Shown: one piece after another, positions 12,857 through 23,463 of the stretch | Layout: every line of letters starts with the position of its first letter | How positions within the stretch are numbered: position 1 is the stretch's first letter | Origin: Candidatus Multivoradales bacterium | GTDB taxonomy: Bacteria > Acidobacteriota > Thermoanaerobaculia > Multivoradales > Multivoraceae | Assembly (NCBI GenBank): GCA_965223325.1 | Contig: CBDCWI010000002.1 | Location: forward strand, 256,001-320,000 | Direction of reading: 5' to 3' | Length of the DNA: 64,000 nt | Made by a program: the position numbers and the translations under genes | The notes under the pieces: model-generated | Told to the model about the DNA's origin: nothing | What the model saw: only the letters and a program-made list of their open reading frames with translations | Database searches by the model: none

Positions 12857-12940
12857 CGCCCAGGCGAGCGGCAACGATGCGGTGAATCACGGGCTCCCCG
12901 GTGGTCGCTTCCACCTCTCCGTCGCCAGTTGCGCCGTGAT
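12857..12940 (-). ncRNA. ZMP/ZTP (pfl-motif) riboswitch upstream of glyA
   Basis: Minus strand reads ATCACGG-CGCAACTGGCG...GGTGG..CCACCGGGGAG-CCCGTGAT...GCCGCTCGCCTGGGC, matching the pfl consensus (P1, P2 and a P3 loop pseudoknot with ACTGGCG); glyA is a classic target. Confidence 0.9.
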
Positions 12941-13024
12941 CGATCTCTTCTCTTCGGTTCGACCGGAATCTACCCCGTGCCCGGGCGAAACGCTAACGCA
13001 GCGTCGGCGGGCCGCACCCCACCG

Positions 13025-13698
13025 GGGGGTAACGCCAAGACACTCCCTCTCAAAGATCCCGACATCGACCACGGTCGCCCCGCCCTAACAAGAAACCCCA
13101 TCCGTCTAGATGCCGCGGCCGATCGTCGCCGTGCCCGGGCGAAATGCAGCGCCGGTGGGCTGGACGCCACCCGAGGGGTGACGCCAAGACACTCTCCCTC
13201 TCAGAGATCCCGACATCAACCACGGTCGCCCCGCCCTAGCAAGAAACCCCATCCGTCTAGATGCCGCGGCCAACTCGGTACATCGAGAGCGGGGGAGGGC
13301 GCGTGGGCGACGGTCCAGGGCTCTCTCGACGGCCGCACCGGCACAGCCAGCGCAGGCGGCAAACGACGGGCGGCCGTCGAGCGAAGGCGGCGCCGGTGAA
13401 CTGCACGCCACCCGAAGGGTGACGCCAAGACACTCTCCCTCTCAGAGATCCCGACATCAACCACGGTCGCCCCGCCCTAACAAGAAACCCCATCCGTCTA
13501 GATGCCGCGGCCAACTCGGTACATCGAGAGCGGGGGAGGGCGCGTGGGCGACGGTCCAGGGCTCTCTCGACGGCCGCACCGGCACAGCCAGCGCAGGCGG
13601 CAAACGACGGGCGGCCGTCGAGCGAAGGCGGCGCCCGCTGTGGAAGTCCGAAGAAGCGTCGCCGTGCCCTGGACCGTCGCCCACCGCCCTCCCCCGCG
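13025..13698. repeat. Intergenic composite repeat: ~90-bp core x3, 241-bp unit x2, and a terminal ~31-bp inverted repeat
   Basis: ACGCCAAGACACT...GATGCCGCGGCC at ~13032, 13181 and 13422; 13531-13562 is inverted relative to 13666-13696. Confidence 0.9.
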
Positions 13699-13773
13699 GT
13701 GCTCCAACCCCGAACCTTCATCATCCAAGAAACAACAACGAGAAGAAGAAAGCGGCAAGGACGGGGTTTCGCG

Positions 13774-13789
13774 CCGACCGAATGGTCGG
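13774..13789. promoter_or_regulatory. Palindromic operator, probably the TetR autoregulatory site
   Basis: CCGACC-GAAT-GGTCGG directly followed by a -10-like TAGGAT, about 100 bp upstream of tetR. Confidence 0.55.
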
Positions 13790-13886
13790 TAGGATGGGGG
13801 GACTTCTACTCTTGCGCTCGGGCGGTGCCGGTTGGTGCTGCGACGATAGCCGAGCCGCTCAACAACTCGAGAGACTCCAACTCCCC

Positions 13887-14501
13887 ATGGCAGCCGACAG
13901 CTCGACCGACGCCAGCCAGGCCGATGCGCGCAGAGCGCAGATCTACGTCGAGGCCGCGCGGATCTTCCAGACCAAGGGGTACCACGCCACCTCGATTCAC
14001 GAAATCGCGGAAGCCGTGCACCTCACCAAGGCCGGTCTGTACTACTACATCAAGGGCAAGCAGGACCTGCTCTTCCAGATCATGAACTTCGCCATGGACA
14101 TGCTGGAAGAAAGAGTCGTCAAAGAATCCGAGGCCGGGGAGACCGCCGTCGACCGACTGCGCCTCCTGATCTCGGCGCACGCTGCTCTGGTTGCCGGGGG
14201 CAACGGTTCGTTGACCATCCTGGTCAACGAACTCGAAGGGCTCACCGACGATCACCGCGAGCAGATCGTCGCCCGGCAGCGCAACTACGTCGACCACGTG
14301 AGGCGCTCCGTCGTTGCCGTGCAGCAAGAAGGTAAACTGACAGGCACCGATCCAACCGTTGCGGCGTTCGGACTCCTCGGAATGGTCCTGTGGATCTCGC
14401 GCTGGTACCGACCCGGCGGGCGCCTCTCGACTTCCGAGGTGGTCGAACAGATCACCGGCCTGGCAACGGCGGCGATGGGCCTTCCTCCCGAGGAAAGTTG
14501 A
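13887..14501 (+). CDS. TetR/AcrR-family regulator (KstR2-like C-terminus)
   Basis: AARIFQTKGYHATSIHEIAEAVHLTKAGLYYYIKGKQDLL; WISRWYRPGG. Confidence 0.92.
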   Translation: MAADSSTDASQADARRAQIYVEAARIFQTKGYHATSIHEIAEAVHLTKAGLYYYIKGKQDLLFQIMNFAMDMLEERVVKESEAGETAVDRLRLLISAHAALVAGGNGSLTILVNELEGLTDDHREQIVARQRNYVDHVRRSVVAVQQEGKLTGTDPTVAAFGLLGMVLWISRWYRPGGRLSTSEVVEQITGLATAAMGLPPEES

Positions 14502-14598
14502 GCCCCTCCCGAGGAGATCTGAGCCTCAAACCGCCCGCTTCAACCCTCTCGTTCATCCCTTCGTTCCTTCATACCCGCACTGCAACTGTTGGAGAGCC

Positions 14599-15411
14599 AT
14601 GAACATTCTGGTGTGCATAAAACAGATTCTCGACCCGGACCTTCCGGCGCGAGACTTCAAGATCGATCCCGATGCCAAGGAGGCGGTGCGCGGCGGCGCC
14701 AACCTGGTCACCAACATATTCTGCGAGAACGCTCTCGAAACCGCGCTGCAGCTTCGCGAGAAGATCGGCGAAGGCGCCAAGGTCACTGCGATCTGCTACG
14801 GCGGTTCCGACGCCGAAGATTCGCTGCGCAAGGCGCTTGCGATGACCGTCGACGAGGCGATCCTGGTCGAGCGGGAGGGCAACGAGAAGCCCGATGCGGC
14901 GACGGTTGCCAAGGTCCTTGCGGCGGCGATCAAGAAGACCGGCGACTTTGGTCTCGTGATGGTCGGCCGCGAGTCGGGTGACTGGGGTGTTGGGCAGACC
15001 GGTGGTCTGCTTGCCGGTGAGCTCGATATTCCGGCCCTTGCCATGGTCGACAACATCGAACCTTCTGGAAGCGGTTTGACCTTCCAGCGCCAGACGGACA
15101 ACGGCACGGAGACCGCCGAGGCCAGCGGCCCCGCCCTGGTCTTGATCACCAACGCCGAGCACAACGTACCGCGAATTCCCAAGACCCGTGACGTGATGAT
15201 GTCGTACCGCAAGCCACTCGAGAAGTGGCCGGTTGCCGATCTCGGTCTCGATGCCGCCGAGATCGCGGCGGGAGTGTCGCACTGGGAGGTCGTCGAGCTT
15301 TCGATTCCCACCAAGGACATTCAGGTCGAGCTCGTCGAGGGAGACTCCGTCGACGAGAAAGTTCAGAAGTTCGCCGAGAAAGTCCACGCCATCGTCTCGT
15401 CTGTGAGTTGA
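14599..15411 (+). CDS. etfB: Electron transfer flavoprotein beta subunit
   Basis: MNILVCIKQI, ENALETALQLRE, GRESGDWGVGQTG. Confidence 0.92.
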   Translation: MNILVCIKQILDPDLPARDFKIDPDAKEAVRGGANLVTNIFCENALETALQLREKIGEGAKVTAICYGGSDAEDSLRKALAMTVDEAILVEREGNEKPDAATVAKVLAAAIKKTGDFGLVMVGRESGDWGVGQTGGLLAGELDIPALAMVDNIEPSGSGLTFQRQTDNGTETAEASGPALVLITNAEHNVPRIPKTRDVMMSYRKPLEKWPVADLGLDAAEIAAGVSHWEVVELSIPTKDIQVELVEGDSVDEKVQKFAEKVHAIVSSVS

Positions 15412-15425
15412 GGAGCTAGAGAGCA

Positions 15426-16385
15426 ATGAGCAACGTCATCATCGCAGTCTTCGGAGAGAACGGTTGGGACAGAAGCACCCAGGGAGTCGCTGGCACCGCC
15501 CAGCGCCTGGCCGCGCAACTCGGTGGCGAGATTGGTGCCATCGTGGTTGGTCCCGCGAGCGACGATCTGACCGCCGGCCTCGCCGGCGTCGCCAAGACCG
15601 TGCGGGTCGCCGATAGCATCAGCGAGTACCAGCCTGAGACGGCAATCGCGGCCTTCGAACAGCTCGCCCGTGATCAGAACGCCACCGCGATTCTGTTTGG
15701 CAACGACATCTATTCCCAGGAGGTCGTGCCGAGCCTCGCGCATCGCCTCGGCGGCGTATCGATGGCCGACGCCATCGACCTGAAGGCCGAGGGTGGCCAG
15801 GTCCAGGTAGCGCGCAACGCCTACGGTGGGAAGGCGATCTCGATCTACGCCATGAAGGCGTCACCGGCCGTGATCTGGGTGCGCGCTCGGGCGCTACCGG
15901 TACCCGAAACGTCCGATGCAGGTGGCGCGGTCGAAACCGTCGCGGTCGATCTGCCAGAGCCGCGCATCAAGATCACCGAGCGTCGTATCGAAGAGAGCGA
16001 AGGGCTCCGTCTCGAAGACGCCAGCATCGTCGTTTCGGGGGGGCGTGGGCTCGGCGGTCCCGGTCCGTTCGAGAACGAGCTCAAGGAACTCGCCGACACG
16101 ATCGGTGCTGCACAGGGTGCCTCACGCGCCGCTTGCGATGCCGGTTGGGTTCCTCCCAACTGGCAGGTCGGGCAGACGGGGAAAAAGGTTGCCCCTGAGC
16201 TCTACGTCGCCATCGCGATCTCGGGTGCCAGCCAGCATCTTCTCGGCATGGGTGACTCCAAGGTCATCTGCGCGATCAATACCGATGCCGACGCACCGAT
16301 CTTCAAGCACTGTTCCTTTGGCATCGTCGAGGACTATGCCAACGTCGTCGCACCGCTGACGGAGAAGCTGAAGACCATGAGCTAG
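15426..16385 (+). CDS. etfA: Electron transfer flavoprotein alpha subunit
   Basis: [43 protein letters not shown]. Confidence 0.95.
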   Translation: MSNVIIAVFGENGWDRSTQGVAGTAQRLAAQLGGEIGAIVVGPASDDLTAGLAGVAKTVRVADSISEYQPETAIAAFEQLARDQNATAILFGNDIYSQEVVPSLAHRLGGVSMADAIDLKAEGGQVQVARNAYGGKAISIYAMKASPAVIWVRARALPVPETSDAGGAVETVAVDLPEPRIKITERRIEESEGLRLEDASIVVSGGRGLGGPGPFENELKELADTIGAAQGASRAACDAGWVPPNWQVGQTGKKVAPELYVAIAISGASQHLLGMGDSKVICAINTDADAPIFKHCSFGIVEDYANVVAPLTEKLKTMS

Positions 16386-16519
16386 CCTGCGCGCGGAGCG
16401 CGGTAGAATGCCGGTACCGTAGAGAAACAGCGCGCAACACCGGAGGTCGCTTCGTCTGGATCGGCCTTTGGTTTCAACGATCCGAACCCGCGCTCGTTGG
16501 GTTCGCGAGGGAGAGTTGG

Positions 16520-18601
16520 ATGGACGTATCGCAGGCCACCCGTGAGGTCTACTGGAACATTCCTTACCACGGTGCGCTGTACCTGTTTCTGGTACCCACG
16601 CTGGTCATCATGGGTTGGGGTCTGTGGAAGCGCGTCCGCATCTGGCGTACTGGAGCGCCAGCGATGCGCTTCGACCGCATCGGCGAGCGCCTCGACATGT
16701 TCGCGGCGAACGTCGTGCTTCAGGCTCGGACGGTGCGCAACCGCTACGCAGCCTTCTTTCACACCGGCCTGATCCTCGGCTTCCTGGTGCTCTTGGCGGC
16801 CACTACCGTGGTTGCGATCTATGAGTACTCGGAGAAGCTGGCGGTCCAGATTCCGATCATGGAGGGCTGGTTCTACCTCCTCTTTCAGAGCCTGATCGTC
16901 GATGCCTTCGGCCTCTGGGTGGTGATCGGGGTTGGTCTTGCAATGGCCCGCCGCTTCGTCCAGAAACCCGCCAAGCTCATCTACACCAGCGAAGCGAACA
17001 TCATTCTGTGGTTGATCTTCGCGATCGCGGTGACCGGGTTTCTGGTCGAGGGTTGGCGCATCGCGGTGACGGACGATCCCTGGGGCCTCTGGTCGCCGGT
17101 GGGCTGGCTCACGGCCCAGGCCTCAGACGCCTTCCTTTCCGACAGCGCGATGAAGACCCTGCACCGCGGCACCTGGTGGTTTCACATGTTGGTGTCTTTC
17201 GGGTTTCTGGCCTACGCGCCGTATACCAAGATGGCGCACGTGCTGACCTCGCCGCTCAACATCTTCACCGCCAACCTCGACGGCCCCGGGGGAGCGCTCG
17301 AGGTGATCGACTTCGAGAAGGCGCCGGTCCTGGGCTTCAACTCGCTCGAGCAGCTGTCGTGGAAGGGGCTACTCGATCTCGATGCGTGCACCGAGTGTGG
17401 GCGCTGCACCGCTGTGTGCCCGGCCAACACGGTCGGCAAGGAGCTCTCGCCGCGCGATGTGATCGTCGACCTACGCACCCTCATGCACCAGAGTTCTGAG
17501 ACGCTGCTGGCACTGGGCGGAAACGACACCAACGGCGACGGCGAGGCGGCATCGACCGACGGCGCGCCGGCGGCAGCGATCCCTGTTCTGCGCGAGGATC
17601 ACGCGGTACGCGCCGAAACGATGTTCCAGTGCACGACCTGTGCAGCTTGCATGGAAGCCTGCCCGGTTTTCATCGAGCACATCCCCAAGATCGTCGGCAC
17701 CAGGCGCTACATGGTGATGGAGGAGGCCGAGTTCCCCGAAGGCATGATGGCCGCGGTGACTTCACTCGAAAGTCGAAAGCATCCCTTCCCGGGCACGCAG
17801 TTCTCGCGCACCGACTGGGCCGAAGGGCTCGAGATTCCGGTCCTGTCTGAGATGGACAACCCCAGCGAGGCCGAGGTGCTGTTCTGGGTCGGCTGCGGGC
17901 CAGCGCTGGTCGAACGCAACCATGGAAGTGTGCAGGCGACGGCGAAGTTGCTCCAGGAGGCAGGCGTCAAGTTTGCCATTCTCGGCCGTGAGGAACACTG
18001 CAACGGCGATCCGGCACGCCGCATCGGGAACGAGTTCCTGTTCGAGATGCTCGCCAACGAGAACGTCAGCACGCTGGGCAAGTACGGCGTCAAGCAGATC
18101 GTCACCTCCTGTCCGCACTGTTTCAACACCTTCAAGAACGAGTACCCCGACTTCGGGGGCGACTACCAAGTGCATCACCACAGCGAGTTCCTCGCCGCGC
18201 TGCTCGACGACGGCAAGCTGACGCGCAAGCGTCGCACCAGCCGGGAGGTCACATTCCATGACCCCTGCTACCTCGGTCGCCACAATGGCCGCTACAACGA
18301 GCCCCGTCGGGTGCTCGAGCAGTCGGCCCGGCATCGGGTCGAGATGGGTCGCAGCGGCAGCAAGAGCTTTTGCTGCGGTGGCGGTGGCGGCATGATGTTC
18401 GTCGACGAGCCGCCCGACCAGCGCGTCAACCAGGAGCGGGCGGAGGAGGCCCTCGCTACCGGGGCCGACGTCGTTGCGGTGGGCTGCCCGTTCTGCGCCA
18501 CCATGCTCGACGACGGGGTCGCGGCGCGCAAGGGTGACCGCGAGATGGCGGTGGTCGATATCGCCGAGTTGCTGCTCGATGCGGTCGAGGGCGGAGCCTA
18601 G
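16520..18601 (+). CDS. Membrane Fe-S oxidoreductase, FadF / ETF:quinone oxidoreductase type
   Basis: N-terminal TM domain with conserved His residues, CTECGRCTAVCP and CTTCAACMEACP clusters, two CCG domains; directly follows etfBA. Confidence 0.88.
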   Translation: MDVSQATREVYWNIPYHGALYLFLVPTLVIMGWGLWKRVRIWRTGAPAMRFDRIGERLDMFAANVVLQARTVRNRYAAFFHTGLILGFLVLLAATTVVAIYEYSEKLAVQIPIMEGWFYLLFQSLIVDAFGLWVVIGVGLAMARRFVQKPAKLIYTSEANIILWLIFAIAVTGFLVEGWRIAVTDDPWGLWSPVGWLTAQASDAFLSDSAMKTLHRGTWWFHMLVSFGFLAYAPYTKMAHVLTSPLNIFTANLDGPGGALEVIDFEKAPVLGFNSLEQLSWKGLLDLDACTECGRCTAVCPANTVGKELSPRDVIVDLRTLMHQSSETLLALGGNDTNGDGEAASTDGAPAAAIPVLREDHAVRAETMFQCTTCAACMEACPVFIEHIPKIVGTRRYMVMEEAEFPEGMMAAVTSLESRKHPFPGTQFSRTDWAEGLEIPVLSEMDNPSEAEVLFWVGCGPALVERNHGSVQATAKLLQEAGVKFAILGREEHCNGDPARRIGNEFLFEMLANENVSTLGKYGVKQIVTSCPHCFNTFKNEYPDFGGDYQVHHHSEFLAALLDDGKLTRKRRTSREVTFHDPCYLGRHNGRYNEPRRVLEQSARHRVEMGRSGSKSFCCGGGGGMMFVDEPPDQRVNQERAEEALATGADVVAVGCPFCATMLDDGVAARKGDREMAVVDIAELLLDAVEGGA

Positions 18602-18705
18602 AAGCCAAGCGCCTGCCGAGGTCCTGCTCTCCTTTTCGTCAGGAGAGTCGCGGGGGGGTGAGGGAGGGAGGGCGAGAAGCGGCCAGGGACCCCTCAGGGG
18701 CCAAC

Positions 18706-18756
18706 TTGCGCTCGCTTGCCTCCACCTGTATCCTTTCATCCGAATCATCGGATGAA
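18706..18756 (+). promoter_or_regulatory. Sigma70-like promoter with a downstream palindromic operator (SahR-type)
   Basis: TTGCGC-N17-TATCCT (18706-18734) followed by TTCATCCGA-ATCA-TCGGATGAA (18735-18756). Confidence 0.65.
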
Positions 18757-19780
18757 GCAGATGGACGACCCCAGGATTCTCGACAACCTCGCGCAGCTTT
18801 CCGACCCCACCAGGGCGCGGCTACTGCTCGTGCTCGAGCGCCACGAACTGACGGTAGGGGAGCTCTGTGACGTCTTGCAATTGGCGCAGTCGACCGTCAG
18901 TCGCCAGCTCAAGAGTCTCGGCGATCATGGCTGGTTGTCGCGCCGCCCCGATGGAACGCGGGCGTTCTACTCAATGGACCTCTCGGCTCTCGGGGCGACC
19001 GAGCGTCGCATGTGGCTTCTCGTCCAGGACCAGATGCGCGCCACGATGGCAGCAGAAGAAGATGCGGTGCGTTTCGAGGCGGTGTTGCGTGAACGCCGTT
19101 CACGCTCGACGGAGTTCTTCTCGAAACAGGCGGGAGAGTGGGACGGTCTGCGGCGTGAGCTCTTCGGGGCGCGCTTCGACTCGCTTTCGCTCCTGGGTCT
19201 GCTCGATGCCAGCTGGACGGTTGCCGACCTCGGTTGTGGAACTGGCGAGGTCTGCAAACAGCTCGCCCCGTTCGTTTCACGAGTCATCGGTGTCGATCGC
19301 TCAGAAGCCATGTTGGACGCCGCCCGGACGCGGCTCTCTGACCTGGCGAACGTCGAGCTGCGCGCCGGTGAGCTCGAGCGCCTGCCCATCGAAGACGGTC
19401 AGCTGAGTGCGGCCACCGTGATGCTCGTTCTGCATCACCTTGCCGAGCCCGGCAAGGTGGTCCGCGAGGCCGCTCGCGTTCTCGCGCCGGGCGGAGTCCT
19501 ACTGCTCGCCGACATGATGCCGCACGAACGCGACGACTACCGCCAACAGATGGGTCACGTGTGGCTGGGATTCGAGGAGTCCTGGGTCGTACGCCAACTC
19601 GAGAGCGCGGGGTTTACCGGCGTGCGCTACGTTCCGCAAGCCCCCGACCCCCAGGCGCGTGGCCCTCGGCTCTTCGTCGCCAGCGGCCGCCTACCTGACG
19701 CTCCGCGAGAAACGCAGAGCGAGAGCGCCGAGGCAGAGTTTCCAGTTTCAATCCCCGCTGCCGGTGGATCCCGAGGCTGA
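18752..19780 (+). CDS. ArsR-HTH + SAM-dependent methyltransferase-fold regulator (SahR-like)
   Basis: [10 protein letters not shown]...[24 protein letters not shown]; [12 protein letters not shown] motif; lies upstream of ahcY. Confidence 0.88.
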   Translation: MKQMDDPRILDNLAQLSDPTRARLLLVLERHELTVGELCDVLQLAQSTVSRQLKSLGDHGWLSRRPDGTRAFYSMDLSALGATERRMWLLVQDQMRATMAAEEDAVRFEAVLRERRSRSTEFFSKQAGEWDGLRRELFGARFDSLSLLGLLDASWTVADLGCGTGEVCKQLAPFVSRVIGVDRSEAMLDAARTRLSDLANVELRAGELERLPIEDGQLSAATVMLVLHHLAEPGKVVREAARVLAPGGVLLLADMMPHERDDYRQQMGHVWLGFEESWVVRQLESAGFTGVRYVPQAPDPQARGPRLFVASGRLPDAPRETQSESAEAEFPVSIPAAGGSRG

Positions 19781-19860
19781 TCTCGAGGCCTCCCGAACCC
19801 CTTACCTCCCCGAGCGAATCACAACAGAACAACAGGGACCGCGGTCCCCGGAGAAGGAAC

Positions 19861-21342
19861 ATGACTACCGCCACGATCGCTAGCGACCTCCTGGTCGCAG
19901 AGGACTACAAGGTGCGCGATCTCTCGCTCGCCGAACTCGGACGCAAAGAGATGGATCTCGCCGAACACGAAATGCCCGGCCTGATGGCTCTGCGTAGAAA
20001 GTACGGCGCCGAGCAACCGCTCGCCGGCACCCGCATCACCGGTTCTCTCCACATGACCACCCAGACGGCGGTCTTGATCGAGACCCTGGCGCATCTCGGC
20101 GCCGATGTGCGCTGGGCTTCCTGCAACATCTTCTCGACCCAGGATTCTGCCGCGGCTGCGGTGGTCGTGGGTCGGCCGGAGAACGGGGGCACGCCTGCCT
20201 CACCCAAGGGCATTCCGGTGTTCGCCTGGAAGGGCGAGACTCTCGAGGAGTACTGGTGGTGCACCCTGCAGGCACTGACCTGGCCTGACGCATCTGGTTG
20301 TGACTTCCTCGTCGATGACGGCGGTGATGCAACCCTCTTGATTCACAAAGGCGCCGAGTTCGAGAAGAGCGGCGTGATCCCGGCATTCGATCCGGACAAC
20401 GACCCCGAAGAGTGGGGCGTGATTCTCGACCTCATCCGCCAGGTGCGCGAGGTCTCGGACGACTACTTCACCAAGATGGCCAAGACCGTCAAGGGCGTCT
20501 CTGAAGAGACCACGACGGGTGTTCATCGGCTTCATCAGATGGTCGAGGCTGGCGAGCTCTTGTTCCCGGCGATCAACGTCAACGACTCGGTGACCAAGTC
20601 GAAGTTCGACAACATCTACGGCTGCCGTCACTCGCTGATCGATGGCATCAACCGCGCCACCGACGTCATGATTGGCGGCAAGGTCGCGGTGGTGTGTGGG
20701 TTCGGCGAAGTCGGCAAAGGTTGCGCCCAGTCGCTACGCGGCCAGGGTTGCCGCGTCATCGTCACCGAGATCGACCCCATCTGCGCGCTGCAGGCTGCGA
20801 TGGAGGGCTACGAGGTCAACACGCTCGAGAACGTCGTCTCGATCGCCGATATCTTCATCACTTCGACCGGCAACAAAGACATCATCACTGCGGACCACAT
20901 GGCGCGGATGAAGGACAAGGCGATCGTTGGCAACATCGGTCACTTCGACAACGAGATCGACATGGCCGGTCTCAAGAAGGTGCCCGGCATCGAGCACGTT
21001 GAGGTCAAGCCGCAGTTCGATCGCTACCAGTTCCCCGACGGACACAGCGTGCTGGTACTCGCCGAAGGTCGTTTGCTGAACCTTGGCTGTGCGACGGGAC
21101 ATCCGAGTTTCGTGATGTCGACCTCGTTCGCCAACCAGGTCCTGGCACAACTCGACCTCAAGAAGAACGCTGCGACCTATGAGAACAAGGTCTACATGCT
21201 GGCGCGCAAGCTCGACGAAGAAGTCGCCCGCCTGCATCTCGATCATCTCGGCGTCAAGCTGACAACCCTCACCAAGGAGCAGTCGGAGTATCTCGACATT
21301 CCCATCGAGGGCCCCTACAAGCGCGACGACTACCGCTACTGA
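19861..21342 (+). CDS. ahcY: Adenosylhomocysteinase
   Basis: [41 protein letters not shown]-terminal YRY. Confidence 0.98.
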   Translation: MTTATIASDLLVAEDYKVRDLSLAELGRKEMDLAEHEMPGLMALRRKYGAEQPLAGTRITGSLHMTTQTAVLIETLAHLGADVRWASCNIFSTQDSAAAAVVVGRPENGGTPASPKGIPVFAWKGETLEEYWWCTLQALTWPDASGCDFLVDDGGDATLLIHKGAEFEKSGVIPAFDPDNDPEEWGVILDLIRQVREVSDDYFTKMAKTVKGVSEETTTGVHRLHQMVEAGELLFPAINVNDSVTKSKFDNIYGCRHSLIDGINRATDVMIGGKVAVVCGFGEVGKGCAQSLRGQGCRVIVTEIDPICALQAAMEGYEVNTLENVVSIADIFITSTGNKDIITADHMARMKDKAIVGNIGHFDNEIDMAGLKKVPGIEHVEVKPQFDRYQFPDGHSVLVLAEGRLLNLGCATGHPSFVMSTSFANQVLAQLDLKKNAATYENKVYMLARKLDEEVARLHLDHLGVKLTTLTKEQSEYLDIPIEGPYKRDDYRY

Positions 21343-21368
21343 TCCGGACTCCATCCCGGGTCCGCTAT

Positions 21369-21402
21369 GGGGGCAGCCGCTCCAAGCGCTGCCCCCCTTT
21401 TC
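21369..21402 (+). terminator. Intrinsic terminator after ahcY
   Basis: GGGGGCAGC-loop-GCTGCCCCC followed by a T run. Confidence 0.7.
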
Positions 21403-21669
21403 TATATCTGTCACGCAAGGCTTCTCTTGGGGAAAGCAAACGAGCCGCGGGTGAAGGAGTGCCCGATTCCCGTCGTCTTTACGCCTTGGCGGTGAAGCTG
21501 GCCCGAACACCGACCAGTCAGGGGGCTGTACCCTGGAGATCCGGGCAACCCGGCGCGTCGCGCTTCGGTTCTCTCCCGTGCCTCGCCGACCGGACGGGAG
21601 GTCGAGCCCTAGAATCTGGATGAAACTGAGAATTTGTGTGTACGTGTTGAATCCGTTAGAGTCGCAGTC

Positions 21670-23439
21670 GTGAAGACTCTCTGCCCCTCCTTTACCGTGG
21701 CCCCAAAGACCCTGCTTCGAGCCTCCGTGGTGCTCACTGTGGTCACTCTTTCGACCTCTCCAGCGCTGTTTGCCAGCCAGCGCTACCATCCTGAGGTTGA
21801 CCCGGAGGCCTTTCCGCTCCCCGGCCAGCTCGAGCCCGCGGTGGACTTCTGGAAGCAGGTCTTCTCGACCTGGACGACCGAGCACGAGGCCATTCACGAC
21901 GAAGTCCATCTCGACGTGGTCTACGACGTCCTCGACTTCACCGCTCTGGAGGCGGAGAACAGCCCGGTTGTCGCCGCCAAGAAACGCAGAGCAATGGTCA
22001 AGGCCCGTCGGCAGGAGATCCAGACCATCCTGCGGGCACTCGGAGCCGGCACCGAAGTCCAGGCCTCGACGCACGATGTCGAGCGCATTCGGGCCTTGTG
22101 GGCGGACAAGCCAGGGGGCCGCAACGTCTTCGTTCAGGCCGCCGGCAACATGCGTTCCCAGCGTGGACTGCGCGACACGATGGCTGGCGCGATCGAGATC
22201 TCGGGGATGTTCATGCCCGGCATCGAGCGCGCGATGAAAGAGCACGGAGTGCCCATCGAGGCCCGCTGTATGCCGTTCGTCGAGTCGATGTTCAACTACA
22301 AGGCGCGCTCGAAGGTGGGCGCGTCCGGTGCCTGGCAGTTCACCGCGGCGACCGGCCGCCTGTTCCTGCGCATCGACTCCTCAGTCGACGAACGCTCCGA
22401 CGTACTCCTCGCCGCCGATGGTGCCGCGCGTCTCCTGGCAAGCAATTACGAGCGGCTCGAGGCGTGGCCGCTAGCTCTGACTGCCTACAACCACGGCACC
22501 GCCGGCATCGCGCGGGCGGTTCGCAAGACGGGTACCCGCGACATGGGGGTCATCGCAACGACCTACACCTCGAGGACTTTCGGCTTTGCGTCACGTAACT
22601 TCTATCCCTCCTTCCTGGCTGCGCTGATCGTCTATCTCGATCGCGACACCTGGTTCCCGGACGTCGTGCCGCTACCCGAACTGCAGTTCGAGGTCTTCGA
22701 CCCGCCGCGTTTCGTCTCGCTTCCGGGGCTTTCTGCCGAGGCGCAAGTCGACATGGCGCTTCTCGAGGAGCTCAACCCGGCTCTGTCGCGCCAGGTCCTG
22801 GAGGGCGGGCTCTTCGTGCCCCCGGGGTACCCTCTGAGGGTCCCGCCTGGCACGCTGGCAAAGGTCACCGCTGGCTTCGAGCGTCTCGACGCTCGCGCCG
22901 TGGCCGATCGTCAATCGGCCACCCACCATCGTGTGCGCGCCGGGCAAACTCTGGGCGCAATCGCCCGTCAGTACGGCACCACCGTGAGCGTGCTGCAGCA
23001 GGCCAACAACCTCCCGCGCGCTGATCGGATCTATGTTGGCCAGAGACTCGTCGTGCCCCAGGCGCGCGCCCACCGTACCGGCAACACGCTGCCCTCGACG
23101 CCACCCCCTTCGGGAGTGCACGTGGTCTCGCGGGGCGAGACTCTGCAGGCGATTGCCATCCGCTACGGCCTGTCGGTCAGCCAGATCGCAGCGCACAACG
23201 AGTTGGCCAATCCCAACCTGCTCAAGCCAGGTCAGCGCATCGCAATTCCCCGTGCCGGTTCGGCGGCCGATCCGACGGTCGCCCCCGGGCGCGTGGCGCA
23301 CCACGTCGTCAGGCCAGGCGAGACCCTGGTCGCGATAGCCCGTTCCTACGGGACCTCGGTCGACTCTCTACGCAGCTTGAATCAGATCCGCGGCAGTCTG
23401 ATCCGCGTTGGCCAGAAGCTGCAGATCCCAGCCCGCTGA
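21670..23439 (+). CDS. Lytic transglycosylase (MltD-like) with three LysM domains
   Basis: PFVESMF catalytic Glu, GASGAWQF, ALTAYNHG; three HxVxxGxTLxxIAxxYG LysM repeats; start approximate. Confidence 0.9.
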   Translation: MKTLCPSFTVAPKTLLRASVVLTVVTLSTSPALFASQRYHPEVDPEAFPLPGQLEPAVDFWKQVFSTWTTEHEAIHDEVHLDVVYDVLDFTALEAENSPVVAAKKRRAMVKARRQEIQTILRALGAGTEVQASTHDVERIRALWADKPGGRNVFVQAAGNMRSQRGLRDTMAGAIEISGMFMPGIERAMKEHGVPIEARCMPFVESMFNYKARSKVGASGAWQFTAATGRLFLRIDSSVDERSDVLLAADGAARLLASNYERLEAWPLALTAYNHGTAGIARAVRKTGTRDMGVIATTYTSRTFGFASRNFYPSFLAALIVYLDRDTWFPDVVPLPELQFEVFDPPRFVSLPGLSAEAQVDMALLEELNPALSRQVLEGGLFVPPGYPLRVPPGTLAKVTAGFERLDARAVADRQSATHHRVRAGQTLGAIARQYGTTVSVLQQANNLPRADRIYVGQRLVVPQARAHRTGNTLPSTPPPSGVHVVSRGETLQAIAIRYGLSVSQIAAHNELANPNLLKPGQRIAIPRAGSAADPTVAPGRVAHHVVRPGETLVAIARSYGTSVDSLRSLNQIRGSLIRVGQKLQIPAR

Positions 23440-23463
23440 AGCCTCAGGTTCCAACCCCTTGCC

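Noticed and set aside
13025-13698. CRISPR array
   Set aside because: Units are 90-241 bp with duplicated rather than unique spacers, and there are no cas genes.
21403-21660. Cyclic-dinucleotide riboswitch upstream of the LysM transglycosylase
   Set aside because: GC-rich stems are present, but I could not match c-di-GMP or c-di-AMP consensus motifs.
20734-22245. Long antisense or alternate-frame ORFs (also 12167-13399, 38119-39333, 52140-53621)
   Set aside because: They are shadows of real genes, expected in high-GC DNA, and carry no recognisable motifs.
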